A stretch of DNA of 64,000 nt from an uncultured Candidatus Rokubacteria bacterium (GCA_963771355.1 CAVYTA010000001.1:1-64000), one strand, 5' to 3'. Counted from the first letter of the stretch, positions 41,352 to 52,234 are shown. The notes: generated from the letters alone by a model not told the origin. Numbers and translations: made by a program.

Positions 41352-42671
41352 TCACTTCCCCATCACGAGATTCGGTAACCAGAGGGCGATCCCCGGGAAG
41401 TACAGCAGGAGCCCGATACAGATCGCCATCCCCACCATGAACGGGAGCACCCCGATCCAGAGGTCGAGCATCGTCCCGACCTTCAGCCCGGCTTCTTCGG
41501 ACACCGACTTGCGAATCCCCTGGATGATGTAGAGGTTGAGGCCTTCCGGCGGACTGACGAGGGCCGCCTCCAGCAGGATCACCATGATGATGCCGAACCA
41601 TACCAGGTCGACGTTCATCGACTTCAGGACCGGCACCAGGATCGGCATGGTCGTCACCATCATCGAGAGGGCCTCCATGAAGGTGCCGAGGATCAGGTAG
41701 AAGACCACCAGGACGAGCACGAAGGTGCCCGGCGTGAGATTCCATCCCGACACCAGCTGGGTGAGCTGCGCGGGGACCCCGAGAATCGCCAGCGCGAAGC
41801 TCATGATGAACGCCGAGGTCACGATGAGCATGATCATGGAGGACGCCTGCACCGTCGTCACCATGACCTTCTTCAGCATGGGAACGCTGACCTCGCGGGC
41901 CAGGCCCGCGAGGAACAGACTCGCGACGACCCCGAAGGCCGCGGCTTCCGTGGGCGTGGCGATCCCCAGATAGATCGTGCCCAGTACGATGAACATGAGG
42001 GCGAGGACGGGCAGGAGCGACAGGAGTCCCAGGAAGCGCACCCGCCACGACGGGGCCACCTCGCGCGGCGCCACCGACGGCCAGATCTTCGCGGCCACGG
42101 CGATGATGAGCATGAAGATCCCGGCGAGCATGAACCCGGGGACGAACCCCGCCAGGTACAGCCGGCCGATGGATTCCTCGGCCAGCACGCCGTAGATGAT
42201 CATCGAGATGCTGGGCGGGATGAGGATGTCCAGGGTGCCACCGGCCGCCAGGCTCCCGATCACCAGGCGCTCGTTGTAGTTCCGCGCTCTGAAGGCGGGC
42301 AGGGCGACGGCGCCGACGGTCGCCGCGCAGGCCGCGCTCGAGCCGGAGATGGCCCCGAAGACCGCGCAGAAGGCGATGTTGGAGTGCAGGATTCCGCCCG
42401 GAAGCGGCGCCAGCCAGTGGGAGAGGACCTGATAGAGCCGCTCGGAGAGACGGCTGTAGATCAGGATCTCCCCCATCATCACGAACAGCGGAATGGCCAC
42501 CAGCACGGAGCTGCTGTTCACGTTCCAGGCGATCTGCCCCAGCATGTCCCACAGCGGGCGGTCGGAGAACAGGTACATCAACGCCATGCCGATGAGGCCC
42601 AGGGCACTGGCCACGTGCAGCCCGGCCAGGAACAGCACGATCATGAGCACGGAAGCGATCGTGAGGATCAT
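41352..42671 (-). CDS. dctM: TRAP transporter large permease
   Basis: AIPLF..MG, ISGSS.A, GGTL.ILIPPSI. Confidence 0.93.
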   Translation of the reverse strand: MILTIASVLMIVLFLAGLHVASALGLIGMALMYLFSDRPLWDMLGQIAWNVNSSSVLVAIPLFVMMGEILIYSRLSERLYQVLSHWLAPLPGGILHSNIAFCAVFGAISGSSAACAATVGAVALPAFRARNYNERLVIGSLAAGGTLDILIPPSISMIIYGVLAEESIGRLYLAGFVPGFMLAGIFMLIIAVAAKIWPSVAPREVAPSWRVRFLGLLSLLPVLALMFIVLGTIYLGIATPTEAAAFGVVASLFLAGLAREVSVPMLKKVMVTTVQASSMIMLIVTSAFIMSFALAILGVPAQLTQLVSGWNLTPGTFVLVLVVFYLILGTFMEALSMMVTTMPILVPVLKSMNVDLVWFGIIMVILLEAALVSPPEGLNLYIIQGIRKSVSEEAGLKVGTMLDLWIGVLPFMVGMAICIGLLLYFPGIALWLPNLVMGK

Positions 42672-42686
42672 GGGGGAGCGTGCCTC

Positions 42687-43244
42687 CTATCCCTGCGGTC
42701 CGGCGCGGGCCTCCGTGGAGTCCCAGCCCGCGAGGATCGCGATGGCGGTGAACACCGCCGCCAGGGCCAGGAGACTGAACCCCACCCCCAGGATCCCCTG
42801 AGGGATGTAGAGGGGGGTCAGCAGATAGGTGGAAGACCTCATGTCGTTTTCCAGGGAGTCCGCGACCAGGGACCAGATCTTCCACGAGATGAGCGAGGCA
42901 AAGGCGGCCATGAGGACCTGCGCGAGGACGTCCACCGCCCTCCTCACGCGATCGGCCAGGTACGGGAACACGACGTCGACGCGGACGTGCGCGCCGGTTC
43001 GGAGGGCGAAGGCGGATCCCCAGGTCGCGGCGAGGGCCAGCATGTAGCCGCTGATCTCATCGGTCACGCGCGTCGTCGGGAGACCGACATCGCTGCCCCA
43101 TTTCCGGGCCAAAACATCGTAGGTGACGAAGAAGGCGAGCAGGATGTACAGGGCCCCGGCAAGATACCCCGGCCAGGTGAAGACGAGATCCACCGCGCGC
43201 GCGAGGGCCGGCGTTCGTGTCAGTGACGGCCGCGCCTCGTTCAC
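42687..43244 (-). CDS. dctQ: TRAP transporter small permease
   Basis: Four TM segments; EISGY, HVRVD. Confidence 0.88.
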   Translation of the reverse strand: MNEARPSLTRTPALARAVDLVFTWPGYLAGALYILLAFFVTYDVLARKWGSDVGLPTTRVTDEISGYMLALAATWGSAFALRTGAHVRVDVVFPYLADRVRRAVDVLAQVLMAAFASLISWKIWSLVADSLENDMRSSTYLLTPLYIPQGILGVGFSLLALAAVFTAIAILAGWDSTEARAGPQG

Positions 43245-43253
43245 CGGCGCGAC

Positions 43254-44309
43254 CTACGGGTTGACCGTGAAGCCGACGAGCGGCGCGACGACCTCGTTGA
43301 ACAGGCGCGCGGCCTCGGCGCCACCCGCTCGCTTCACCCAGTCCGGAACCACCTTCGACCGGAGCACGTCCTTGATCGCGGCCTGCGTCTCCGGAGAAAA
43401 CGGGATGTGCTCCATGCCCTTCTCGACGTTCCTGTCGATCCCCTCCTTGTTCCACACGTCGATCGCCTCGAACGCCTTGCCCTCGACGACCTTCTCTGCC
43501 TCTTCCTTCAAGATCTGCTGGATGTCCGGCGGCAGCCGCTTCCAGCTGTTCTTGTTGATGGCGAGGGAGACGTGCGGCCGCATCGAGATGGGACCGACCA
43601 GGTACTTCGAGACCTCGTACCAGCGCAGGCCGAACCCGGGCTTCGTGCCGGTGATCCCCGCGTCGAGCGTGCCGCGCTCGAGGGCCGTGTAGGCCTCCGC
43701 GAACGGGATGGTGAGAGGCTCGCCGCCCAGCCCGGCGACCAGCGAGGCGAGCGCGACGCTGTGCACGCGCGTCTTGAGCCCCTTGAAGTCGGCGGGCTTC
43801 CGCACGGCTCTCTTGCTGAAGAAGGCCTGGTCGGGATACACCGCCATCGCCAGCACCACCGCGTTGGCCTTCTGATCGAGGAGCTTCGTCTCGTGGGGCT
43901 TCCAGGCCATGATCGCCTTCTTGGCGGTCTGCGCGTCGGGGAAGATCCCGGGCAACTCGAGGATCTCGACCATGGGAAGCTCACCGGCCACGTAGCCGCC
44001 GTACACCTCGGCGACGTCCACCACTCCCGTCTTCACGACCCGAATCGTCTCGGCGCCGCCGAGGCCGAGCTCGGGGAGCGATGTCAGCTCGAACTGCACC
44101 CGGCCGTTGGTGCGCTTCTCCACCGCCTGCGCCCACTCCTGGAAGAGCTTCCAGGGATCGAGGGTCCGGTTGATGCCCATCAGCTTCAGCTTGAATTCTG
44201 CCTTGGGCGCCTGCGCCACGACCGGGGCGGGCGTCCACACGCCGGCCAGCAGGACGAGAAGCCCCATGACGCCGAGCAGGAACGCGATCCTCCGCATGGA
44301 CGTGCTCAT
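43254..44309 (-). CDS. dctP: TRAP transporter substrate-binding protein
   Basis: Signal peptide; DFKGLKTR, EAYTALERGTLD, W.RLP.D.Q. Confidence 0.92.
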   Translation of the reverse strand: MSTSMRRIAFLLGVMGLLVLLAGVWTPAPVVAQAPKAEFKLKLMGINRTLDPWKLFQEWAQAVEKRTNGRVQFELTSLPELGLGGAETIRVVKTGVVDVAEVYGGYVAGELPMVEILELPGIFPDAQTAKKAIMAWKPHETKLLDQKANAVVLAMAVYPDQAFFSKRAVRKPADFKGLKTRVHSVALASLVAGLGGEPLTIPFAEAYTALERGTLDAGITGTKPGFGLRWYEVSKYLVGPISMRPHVSLAINKNSWKRLPPDIQQILKEEAEKVVEGKAFEAIDVWNKEGIDRNVEKGMEHIPFSPETQAAIKDVLRSKVVPDWVKRAGGAEAARLFNEVVAPLVGFTVNP

Positions 44310-44460
44310 AGGACGTGCCCTCCGTCTGGTTGGTCGGATCACTCCACCCGCCCGGCCATCGGCGGTCCGCATACTCTAGACGAGGGCGTTACCCGCCGGC
44401 AAGACCTATCGTGCACATCGCGGAACGAGTGATGACGCCAGTGTATAGAGCGCGCGACCG

Positions 44461-45012
44461 CTACTTCCCCCGCGCCGGGTAGACCACGATGAAGCTCGAC
44501 TGGTTCGGCATCTTCACCTTCGGCAACGTCTGCGCGTTCATCTCGTCGTTCTGGCCGATGATCCCGTTGAGATTGAGCAGGTACGCGGTGACCGCGTACA
44601 CCTCGTCGTCGCTGAGCGATTGCGGCTGGATGTAAGGCATCGAGCGGCGCACGTAGTCGAAGACGGTCGTCGCGTACGGCCAGTAACTGCCGATCGTGCG
44701 TACCGGCGCCTTGCTGGTGAGTGTCCCCTGGCCGCCGACAAGCCGGTCGTTCGGTTGCCCCACGCCCTTCGCGCCGTGGCAAGTCTGGCACTTCTGCTCG
44801 TAGACGACCGCCCCCGTCGTCGGCGTGCCCTTGCCCGGCGGCAACCCGATGCCGTCAGGTCCCACGCTGATGTCCCAGCCCGCGATCTGCGCCGGCGTCG
44901 CCTCGCGCCCCAGGTTCGGGCTCTCGATCGCATTCGAGGTCATGCGGGCGCCGGCGCAGCCTCCGACGACGAGCAGCGCAAGCGCCACACTGACGAGATC
45001 ACGCGTAGACAT
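44461..45012 (-). CDS. Monoheme c-type cytochrome (SoxD/SorB-like), lipoprotein
   Basis: WDI...PDG.GLPPG.G, CQTCHG, GSYWPYATT.FDY.RR.MP. Confidence 0.88.
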   Translation of the reverse strand: MSTRDLVSVALALLVVGGCAGARMTSNAIESPNLGREATPAQIAGWDISVGPDGIGLPPGKGTPTTGAVVYEQKCQTCHGAKGVGQPNDRLVGGQGTLTSKAPVRTIGSYWPYATTVFDYVRRSMPYIQPQSLSDDEVYAVTAYLLNLNGIIGQNDEMNAQTLPKVKMPNQSSFIVVYPARGK

Positions 45013-46240
45013 GCTTCACCTCGCCGTTCGCCGCCACGCTCCAGGCCTGGATGCCGTGGAAGTGGAAGATGGCGTTGTTGCCGTGCTCGGCGATGAACTT
45101 CTCGCGCTCCGGCTGCACGGCCCCGGTATCGTCGGTGGCGCGCGACTTGAGCACGGCCGCCGTGCCGTCCCACTTCCACGGGAGCCGGAACCGCGTGAGC
45201 GCACGTGGCAGCACGGGCGCCACCAGCGGCACCGCCGTCCACGTCCGGCCGCCGTCGGTCGACACCTCGACCTTCCTGATCGTCCCGTTGCCCGACCACG
45301 CGATGCCGGAGATCTGATGGAGCCCGGCGCCCCGCAGCGTCATCCCGTGCGAGGGACGCGTGATGACGGACTTCACCTCCATCGGGTACGTGAACATCAG
45401 CGACTTGCCGTCGCCCTGGAGGTCGGTGTAGCGCGACGTCTCGTCCTTGGTCATGATCGGCGCGGACACGATCTTGAGGCGCCGGAGCCACTTCACGCTC
45501 AGGTTACCTTCCCACCCGGGCAAGAACAGGCGCACGGGATAGCCGTTCTCCGGCCGCAGCCGCTCGCCGTTCTGGAACAGGGCGACGATCGCGTCGTCCA
45601 TCGCCTTGGCCATCGGGACGCTGCGGCTCATGGCGGCGGAGTCCGCGCCCTCGGCGAGAATCCACTGTGCGCTCCGGTCGACGCCGGCCTCCTCGAGCAG
45701 CAAGCGCAGCGGCACCCCGGTCCACTCGCTGCACGACACGAGTCCGTGCGTCTCACCGGCGGTGAGATTGGGCGGCGTCGGCTGGTAGAGCACCTGGCTG
45801 TTGCCGGAGCACTCGAGGAAGTGGATCCGGGAGATCATCGGATAGCGCAGGAGCGCCTCCACGGTGAAGATCAACGGGCGCTTCACCATGCCGTGGATGA
45901 GTAACCGATGCGTGTCCGGGTCGATGTCGGGCACGCCGCCATGGTGCCGCTCGAAGTGCAGCCCGGTGGGCGTGATCATGCCCTCGAGCGACTCCAGCGG
46001 CGTGCGCGAGGCGCCGCTGCCCGTCGTCCCGGGCTGCGAGCGGATGAGCGTGCGCGTCACCTTGCTTTCGTACTTGGCGGGGCGGCCGTACTCGGACATC
46101 CCGGCCCCGGGGACTTTCATCGACGACGGGACTTCCGGCGGCTCGGCCGCTTCGGCGTGTTTTGCTCCGCCTGCCACCAGACCGCTCGCCGCGAGCAAGC
46201 CGACGCTCTGTTTGATGAACCTACGCTTGGAATCGTCCAT
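44999..46240 (-). CDS. soxC: Sulfite oxidase-family molybdoenzyme (SoxC-type), Tat-exported
   Basis: RRF Tat motif; TPL....G.ITP.GLHFERHH, FLECSGN, QNGERLRPENGYP.R, GIAWSG.G. Confidence 0.9.
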   Translation of the reverse strand: MDDSKRRFIKQSVGLLAASGLVAGGAKHAEAAEPPEVPSSMKVPGAGMSEYGRPAKYESKVTRTLIRSQPGTTGSGASRTPLESLEGMITPTGLHFERHHGGVPDIDPDTHRLLIHGMVKRPLIFTVEALLRYPMISRIHFLECSGNSQVLYQPTPPNLTAGETHGLVSCSEWTGVPLRLLLEEAGVDRSAQWILAEGADSAAMSRSVPMAKAMDDAIVALFQNGERLRPENGYPVRLFLPGWEGNLSVKWLRRLKIVSAPIMTKDETSRYTDLQGDGKSLMFTYPMEVKSVITRPSHGMTLRGAGLHQISGIAWSGNGTIRKVEVSTDGGRTWTAVPLVAPVLPRALTRFRLPWKWDGTAAVLKSRATDDTGAVQPEREKFIAEHGNNAIFHFHGIQAWSVAANGEVKHVYA

Positions 46241-46297
46241 CGTGAGCCTCCTGGTGCGGCTGACCTAGGGGGGGCGGGCTGCGACGGCGCCTGCGCC

Positions 46298-48550
46298 TCA
46301 CGCCTTCCCCGCCCCCTTCCCCGCCGCCATCACCTTGGCCGGCGTGTAGGGCACGCTCCGAAGCCGCACGCCGATGGCGTCGAAGACGGCGTTGGAGATG
46401 GCGGGGGGCGGCAGGCACGCCGCCGGCTCGCCCACGCCCCAGGGCGGGTCCCCGGGCCGGTTGATCAGCTCCATGTGCACCTCGGGCACCTCGGGGAAGC
46501 GCAGGATGGGGTAGGTCGCCCAGTCCACGCTCGTCACGCGCGCGCGGTCCCACTTGAGCTCTTCCTTGATCGTGCGGGAGACGGTCTGGATGATCTGGCC
46601 TTCGATCTGGGCGCGCACGCCGTCGGGGTTGATGATCTGGCCGCAGTCATGCGCGACGAAGAAGCGGGTGCAGCGGATCGCCCCCGTCTGCTTGTTGACC
46701 TCGACCTCGGCCACGCCGGCGCAGTAGGTGCGGACGTTCTCGTACTTCACGTAGGCGATGCCGCGCCCGCGGGCGATGGCGCCGGACGGATCGCGCCCGG
46801 GTGACGGGCGCGTGTCCCACTTCGCCATGTGGGCGGCCGCGCGGAGTACCGCGATGCCGCGCGGATCACTGAGATAGCGCAGGCGGTACTCGACGGGGTC
46901 GGCGCCGGCCGCGGCTGCGCACTCGTCGATGAAGACCTCGTTGGCGAAGGTGTTCTGCATGCGCCCCGGCGTGCGGATCCACGAGGGGCGGAAGGGCGTG
47001 GTCTCGAGCCGGTGGGCCACCGCCTTCTGGTGGGCGAAGGGGTAGGAGGGATCCAGGTTGCGGTGGATATTGCCCGGGTTGATGGCTTCCTTCTGGGGAA
47101 GGCCGGCGTGGGTAGCCGCCAGCGTGCGCGGCCACTCGGTGATGTCGGCCTTGGGCGCCCAGAGCTCGGAGTCCCAGCCGACGATATTGCCCTGGGCATC
47201 GAGCCCGGCCGTGATCTCCACGAGCGTGGGCGGGCCCTTCGGGTCCCAGCCATGCTCGTCCTCGCGCATCCACTGCACGCGCACGGGCCGGCCGACCATC
47301 TTGGAGATGAGCGCGGCGTCCGCGGTGGCATCCTCGTGGCCGTTCCGGCCGTAGCAGCCGGAGCCGTCGAGGTACTGGATGTGGATGTCCTTGGGATCCA
47401 TTTGAAGCGTCTGGGCGACTTCCTTCCGGAGCCAGTGGGGCGCCTGCGAGGGCGACCAGATCTCGGCCTTGCCGCTCTTGACGTCCGCGACCGCGCAGGA
47501 CGGGCCGATCGACCCGTGGGTATGCACGGCGAAGTCGTAAGTGGCCTTGAGGGTCTTGGCCGCCCCCGCGATGGCAGCCTTCGGATTGCCGCGGTCCACG
47601 GCGACGTCGTCCTTGGCAAGCTTGGTCCCGCGCACGTGCTCCCAGAGCTTGGCCTGGTCGGGGAGCCCTTCCCATTTCGTCCAGGTGGCCTTGAGCTGCC
47701 TGGCGCCCTTGATCGCTGCCCACTCGCTCTCGGCGACGACGGCGAGGAAGCTGCCCTCGCGCACGACGCGGGCGCTCTTGATGCTCTTGATGGAGCCCTC
47801 GTCCACTCGCTCGAGGGTGGCGCCGATGGCGGGCGGGCGAATCACCCGCGCGTGGAGCATGCCGGGCACGCGGAAGTCCTGCATGTAGGTGTGGGTGCCC
47901 GTGACCTTGCCGGCCACGTCCGGCCGCGGCACCGGCTGGCCGACGACCGTGTGGTCCTTCGGGTTCTTGAGGGGCGCGGCCGCGTCCAGTTTCAGCTCGA
48001 AGGCCTTGTCGCCGATCAGCTCGGCATAAGTGAAGCGGCGCAGCGGCTCGGCACGCAGGAAGATGACGCCGTCCTTCACGGCGAAGTCGACGGAGGGCAT
48101 CCCGGTCTTCTGCACCGCCATCTGGATCAGCGCCTGGCGCGCGGTGGCCGCCGCCTGGCGGAGCTGCACGCCGGCCACCTGGATGGAGAGGCTGCCCCAG
48201 GTGGGGCCCTGATCAGGGGTGAGCGCGGTGTCGCCCTCGATCAGCTTGATCTTGTCGAGGCGGACGTCCAGCTCCTCGGCGACCATCTGGGGGATCGCGA
48301 TGCGGATGCCCGTGCCGATGTCCACTTTGCCGGTGTAGGCGGTGACGGTGCCGTCCTTGTGGACGGCGAGGAAGCTGTCGACCTGGTCCAGCGCCAGGGG
48401 CTTGGTCTGCCCGCCCGCCGGGGCGCCGGCCTGCGCGTGGGCCTCGGGGGCCTCCCAGGCCAGGCTGAAGGTGACGACGAGGGCCCCGGTACCGATCAGG
48501 AACTCGCGGCGGGTCGCCTGGGATGTCGTGTCCGGCGTTATCGGCGTCAT
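46298..48550 (-). CDS. Molybdopterin oxidoreductase large subunit (IorB/nicotinate dehydrogenase-like), Tat-exported
   Basis: TRREFL; GKVDIGTG, GSGCYG, GVGEP. Confidence 0.9.
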   Translation of the reverse strand: MTPITPDTTSQATRREFLIGTGALVVTFSLAWEAPEAHAQAGAPAGGQTKPLALDQVDSFLAVHKDGTVTAYTGKVDIGTGIRIAIPQMVAEELDVRLDKIKLIEGDTALTPDQGPTWGSLSIQVAGVQLRQAAATARQALIQMAVQKTGMPSVDFAVKDGVIFLRAEPLRRFTYAELIGDKAFELKLDAAAPLKNPKDHTVVGQPVPRPDVAGKVTGTHTYMQDFRVPGMLHARVIRPPAIGATLERVDEGSIKSIKSARVVREGSFLAVVAESEWAAIKGARQLKATWTKWEGLPDQAKLWEHVRGTKLAKDDVAVDRGNPKAAIAGAAKTLKATYDFAVHTHGSIGPSCAVADVKSGKAEIWSPSQAPHWLRKEVAQTLQMDPKDIHIQYLDGSGCYGRNGHEDATADAALISKMVGRPVRVQWMREDEHGWDPKGPPTLVEITAGLDAQGNIVGWDSELWAPKADITEWPRTLAATHAGLPQKEAINPGNIHRNLDPSYPFAHQKAVAHRLETTPFRPSWIRTPGRMQNTFANEVFIDECAAAAGADPVEYRLRYLSDPRGIAVLRAAAHMAKWDTRPSPGRDPSGAIARGRGIAYVKYENVRTYCAGVAEVEVNKQTGAIRCTRFFVAHDCGQIINPDGVRAQIEGQIIQTVSRTIKEELKWDRARVTSVDWATYPILRFPEVPEVHMELINRPGDPPWGVGEPAACLPPPAISNAVFDAIGVRLRSVPYTPAKVMAAGKGAGKA

Positions 48551-48551
48551 G

Positions 48552-49025
48552 TCAGGCCCCCTTTCCCATCAGGGCCGCGGCGCGCTTGACGGCGGCGAGG
48601 ATGCGCTGGTGCGTCCCGCAGCGACAGAGATTGTTCCGGAGCTCCGCGCGGATCTCTCGCTCGGACGGGTTGCCCGGCCGGGCAGCGAGGAAGGCGGCGG
48701 TCTGCATCACCATGCCGTTGATGCAGTAGCCACACTGGGCCGCCTGCTCCTCGATGAAGGCCCGCTGCACGGGATGCGGCTTCTCGGGCGTGCCCAGGCC
48801 CTCGAGGGTGACGATCTTGGCCGCCGGGCCGACCTTGCTGACGGGGACGATGCAGGAGCGCACCGCCTTGCCGTCCATCAGCACGGTGCACGCCCCGCAC
48901 TGCGCCAGGCCGCAGCCGAACTTGGGGCCGTGCAGAGCCAGGTTGTCGCGCAGCACGTAGAGGAGCGGGGTGTCGGGCTCGACGTCGAGCGGTTGGGACT
49001 TGCCGTTGACCGTGAGCGTGATCAT
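48552..49025 (-). CDS. (2Fe-2S)-binding small subunit (IorA-like)
   Basis: KFGCGLAQCGAC, QCGYC, NLCRCG. Confidence 0.92.
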   Translation of the reverse strand: MITLTVNGKSQPLDVEPDTPLLYVLRDNLALHGPKFGCGLAQCGACTVLMDGKAVRSCIVPVSKVGPAAKIVTLEGLGTPEKPHPVQRAFIEEQAAQCGYCINGMVMQTAAFLAARPGNPSEREIRAELRNNLCRCGTHQRILAAVKRAAALMGKGA

Positions 49026-49165
49026 GGGCCCCTCCTGATGTGGGGGACGGGTCGCCAACGGCGCGAACGTAGGGCGGAAGTGCTCGGTTGTCAAGCGCAG
49101 CGTGCCGCGTCAAGCCTTTGGCGCGCAGGTGACGGCGACCACGGCGGCGCGATAGGCTCCAGGTC

Positions 49166-49762
49166 ATGAACGAAGCGCTGCCGGTCGTCTATCTCGCCAG
49201 GCATGGTGAGACCGCCTGGAGTCTCTCCGGGCAGCACACGGGACTGACCGACATTCCGTTGACCGAGCGGGGCGAGCGCGACGCGCGGCGGCTCGGAGAA
49301 CGGCTGAGGGGACGGAGCTTCGCCAAGGTGCTGACGAGTCCGTTGCAGCGGGCGGCCCGGACGTGCGCGCTGGCCGGCTTCGGCAGCGCCGCCGAGGTCG
49401 ACAAGGACCTGGTTGAATGGGACTACGGCGCGTACGAGGGACGCCGCCGCGTCGAGATTCTCGCCGAGCGCCCGGACTGGCAATTGTTCCGCGATGGCTG
49501 TCCGGGAGGAGAGTCGCCGCAGCAGGTGGGCGCCCGCGCCGACCGCGTGCTGAGCCGCGTGAGAGCGGTCGAGGGCGACGTGCTGCTCTTCTCGAGCGGG
49601 CATGTGCTGCGAGTGCTCACCGCCCGCTGGCTCGGGCTCGAGCCGGGAGCCGGGCGATATTTCTCCCTCGACACCGCGAGCCTGAGTCAGCTCGGCTACG
49701 AGCACAGCCGAGCGAGGACGGTGATTCAACGATGGAACGATACCGGTCACGCGGGGACGTGA
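49166..49762 (+). CDS. Histidine phosphatase family protein
   Basis: LARHGET, EWDYG.YEG. Confidence 0.9.
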   Translation: MNEALPVVYLARHGETAWSLSGQHTGLTDIPLTERGERDARRLGERLRGRSFAKVLTSPLQRAARTCALAGFGSAAEVDKDLVEWDYGAYEGRRRVEILAERPDWQLFRDGCPGGESPQQVGARADRVLSRVRAVEGDVLLFSSGHVLRVLTARWLGLEPGAGRYFSLDTASLSQLGYEHSRARTVIQRWNDTGHAGT

Positions 49763-49870
49763 AGGATCTTCGGCGCCGCCGGCTCGGTGCTATGCCGGCT
49801 CGATGCTATGGTGGTTGGCACACCGCGGGTCAGGCAAACGGTGCGGTTCACCCCAACGCCGGAGGAAACC

Positions 49871-50188
49871 ATGAGGAAAATCGCAAGCCATCTGGTCGTC
49901 ACCCTGTCTTGTGCGGCAATGCTGACCGGATGTGCCCTCAGTCACGGTCCTGTCGTTGCACCGATAACGCTCAACATGAAGGGTCCGGTCTCGGCCGGCC
50001 CGGCCGTGGGCAGCGCCAAGGTCGGCAAGGCGGAAGCGTGGGGAATTTTGGTCTTTTCCACGGGCGATGCAAGCATATCGGCCGCGATGGCGAACGGTGG
50101 CATCACGAAGATTCATCACGTTGATCAGGAGACAGAGAACATCCTGGGCATCTGGGCCAAGTACACGACAGTGGTCTACGGAGAGTAG
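49871..50188 (+). CDS. TRL-like family lipoprotein
   Basis: Lipobox LTGC; K.GKA....IL....GDASI.AA..NGGITKIHHVD......LG.......VYGE. Confidence 0.75.
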   Translation: MRKIASHLVVTLSCAAMLTGCALSHGPVVAPITLNMKGPVSAGPAVGSAKVGKAEAWGILVFSTGDASISAAMANGGITKIHHVDQETENILGIWAKYTTVVYGE

Positions 50189-50315
50189 GCACCATCGTTC
50201 CCGTGTTGCCTGACTCGCGGTGAACCTCGCCACGATGGCGAGGGCGATCGGGCAGCTTGCCTCGCGCGGGCGGCCGGCCTCTGGCAGTGGGGAGCGATCC
50301 AGGGGAGACTGAGGC

Positions 50316-51953
50316 ATGGCCACCTCGCCGCTCGCGGGCAAGCCGGCGCCGCCGGAGATGCTGGTGGATCTCGGCCGGCTCGAGCGCGACTACTACGCGC
50401 GCCGGCCCGAACTGGACGATCCCGACCAGCTCGTCGCCTTCGGCACCAGCGGCCACCGGGGCTCGTCCCTGCGCGGCTCGTTCAACGAGGCGCATATCCT
50501 CGCGATCACCCAGGCGATCTGCGACTACCGGCGGAGCCAGGAGATAGACGGCCCGCTCTACATGGGCAAGGACACGCATGCTCTCTCCGGGCCGGCCCAG
50601 CGCACCGCGCTCGAGGTGCTGGCGGCCAACGACGTGGAGACGGTCATCCAGCGCGACGACGGCGTGACGCCCACGCCCGTCATCTCGCGCGCCATCCTCG
50701 TCCATAACCGCGGCCGCGCGGCGCACCGCGCCGACGGCATCGTCGTCACGCCGTCGCACAATCCTCCGGAAGACGGCGGCTTCAAGTACAACCCGCCCAG
50801 CGGCGGCCCGGCGGACACCGACGTGACGCGCTGGGTGCAGGATCGTGCCAACGAGCTGCTGCGGAACGGGAACGCCGGCGTGAAGCGAGTGCCCTACGCC
50901 GCCGCCATCAAGGCGGGGAGCACGCATCAGGAAGACTTCGTTCTCCCGTACGTGGAGGATCTGCGGAACGTCGTGGACATGGACGCCATCCGCGGCGCCG
51001 GCCTCACGCTGGGTGTGGACCCGCTCGGCGGCTCGGCCGGACCGTACTGGGCGCCGATCAATGCCGTCTACGGGCTGGACATCGCCGTCGTCAACCCGGT
51101 GATCGATCCGCGGTTCGCGTTCATGACCCTCGACTACGACGGCAAGATCCGCATGGACTGCTCGAGTCCCCATGCCATGGCGCGGCTCGTCGGCCTCAAG
51201 GATCGGTACCGCGTGGCCTTCGCCAATGACCCCGACGCGGATCGCCACGGGATCGTGACCGCGGCGGGGCTGATGAACCCGAACCACTACCTGGCCGTCG
51301 CCATTCACTATCTGCTCACCAGCCGCTCCCACTGGCCGGCGGAAGCCGCCGTCGGCAAGACGGTGGTGAGCAGTGGCCTGATCGACCGCGTGGTGGAGAA
51401 GCTGGGCCGCCGGCTGTGCGAGGTGCCGGTGGGATTCAAGTGGTTCGTGCCGGGCCTCCTCGACGGCTCGCTGTGCTTCGGCGGCGAGGAGAGCGCGGGG
51501 GCGAGCTTCCTGCGGCAGGACGGGACCGTGTGGACGACCGACAAGGACGGCCTGATCATGGCGCTCCTGGCCGCCGAGATCACCGCGCGCACGGGCAGGG
51601 ACCCGGGCGAGCACTACCGCACGCTGACCGCGGAGCTCGGCACCCCGCACTACACGCGCATCGATGCGCCGGCGACGCCCGAGCAGAAGGCGCGGCTGGG
51701 GAAGCTCACGCCCGAGGCGGTCACGGAGGCGAAGCTGGCCGGCGAGCCCATCACCGCCAAGCTGACGCGGGCCCCCGGCAACGACGCCCCCATCGGGGGC
51801 CTGAAGGTGATCGCCGCCGGCGGCTGGTTCGCGGCGCGACCCTCCGGGACGGAGAATATCTACAAGATCTATGCGGAGAGCTTCAAGAGTCCGGCGCATC
51901 TCGATGCTATCGTGCGCGAGGCGCAGGCAATGGTGGATGGTGCCCTGAGGTGA
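50316..51953 (+). CDS. pgm: Phosphoglucomutase
   Basis: [41 protein letters not shown]. Confidence 0.96.
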   Translation: MATSPLAGKPAPPEMLVDLGRLERDYYARRPELDDPDQLVAFGTSGHRGSSLRGSFNEAHILAITQAICDYRRSQEIDGPLYMGKDTHALSGPAQRTALEVLAANDVETVIQRDDGVTPTPVISRAILVHNRGRAAHRADGIVVTPSHNPPEDGGFKYNPPSGGPADTDVTRWVQDRANELLRNGNAGVKRVPYAAAIKAGSTHQEDFVLPYVEDLRNVVDMDAIRGAGLTLGVDPLGGSAGPYWAPINAVYGLDIAVVNPVIDPRFAFMTLDYDGKIRMDCSSPHAMARLVGLKDRYRVAFANDPDADRHGIVTAAGLMNPNHYLAVAIHYLLTSRSHWPAEAAVGKTVVSSGLIDRVVEKLGRRLCEVPVGFKWFVPGLLDGSLCFGGEESAGASFLRQDGTVWTTDKDGLIMALLAAEITARTGRDPGEHYRTLTAELGTPHYTRIDAPATPEQKARLGKLTPEAVTEAKLAGEPITAKLTRAPGNDAPIGGLKVIAAGGWFAARPSGTENIYKIYAESFKSPAHLDAIVREAQAMVDGALR

Positions 51954-51998
51954 AGGGCCTGGAGCCGCCGCGCGCGGCGTGAAAAGGGGAGACGTCCC

Positions 51999-52232
51999 AT
52001 GTCAACCAAGGTGCGAATCAACCTGGCCAACGCGCAGGAGCTGCTCGAGCTGCCGGGCCTGGGGCCGGCGCAGGTGGCCGCCATCGTCCGCTTTCGCTCG
52101 GAGCATGGCCCCATCAAGGACGCCCACCAGCTCGCCACGATCTTGAGCGGGTTTCCGCTGACGGAGGCGCTGCGCGCCCGCGCCGACTTCTCGCCGTCGG
52201 ACGCCACCGCGCCCGAGGCGCCGGGGGCGTAG
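51999..52232 (+). CDS. Helix-hairpin-helix (ComEA-like) protein
   Basis: INLANAQELLELPGLGP..VAAIV.FR..HGP. Confidence 0.8.
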   Translation: MSTKVRINLANAQELLELPGLGPAQVAAIVRFRSEHGPIKDAHQLATILSGFPLTEALRARADFSPSDATAPEAPGA

Positions 52233-52234
52233 TA

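Noticed and set aside
44461..46240. Complete Sox thiosulfate oxidation system
   Set aside because: Only soxC-like and cytochrome genes are present; soxXAYZB are absent from the window.
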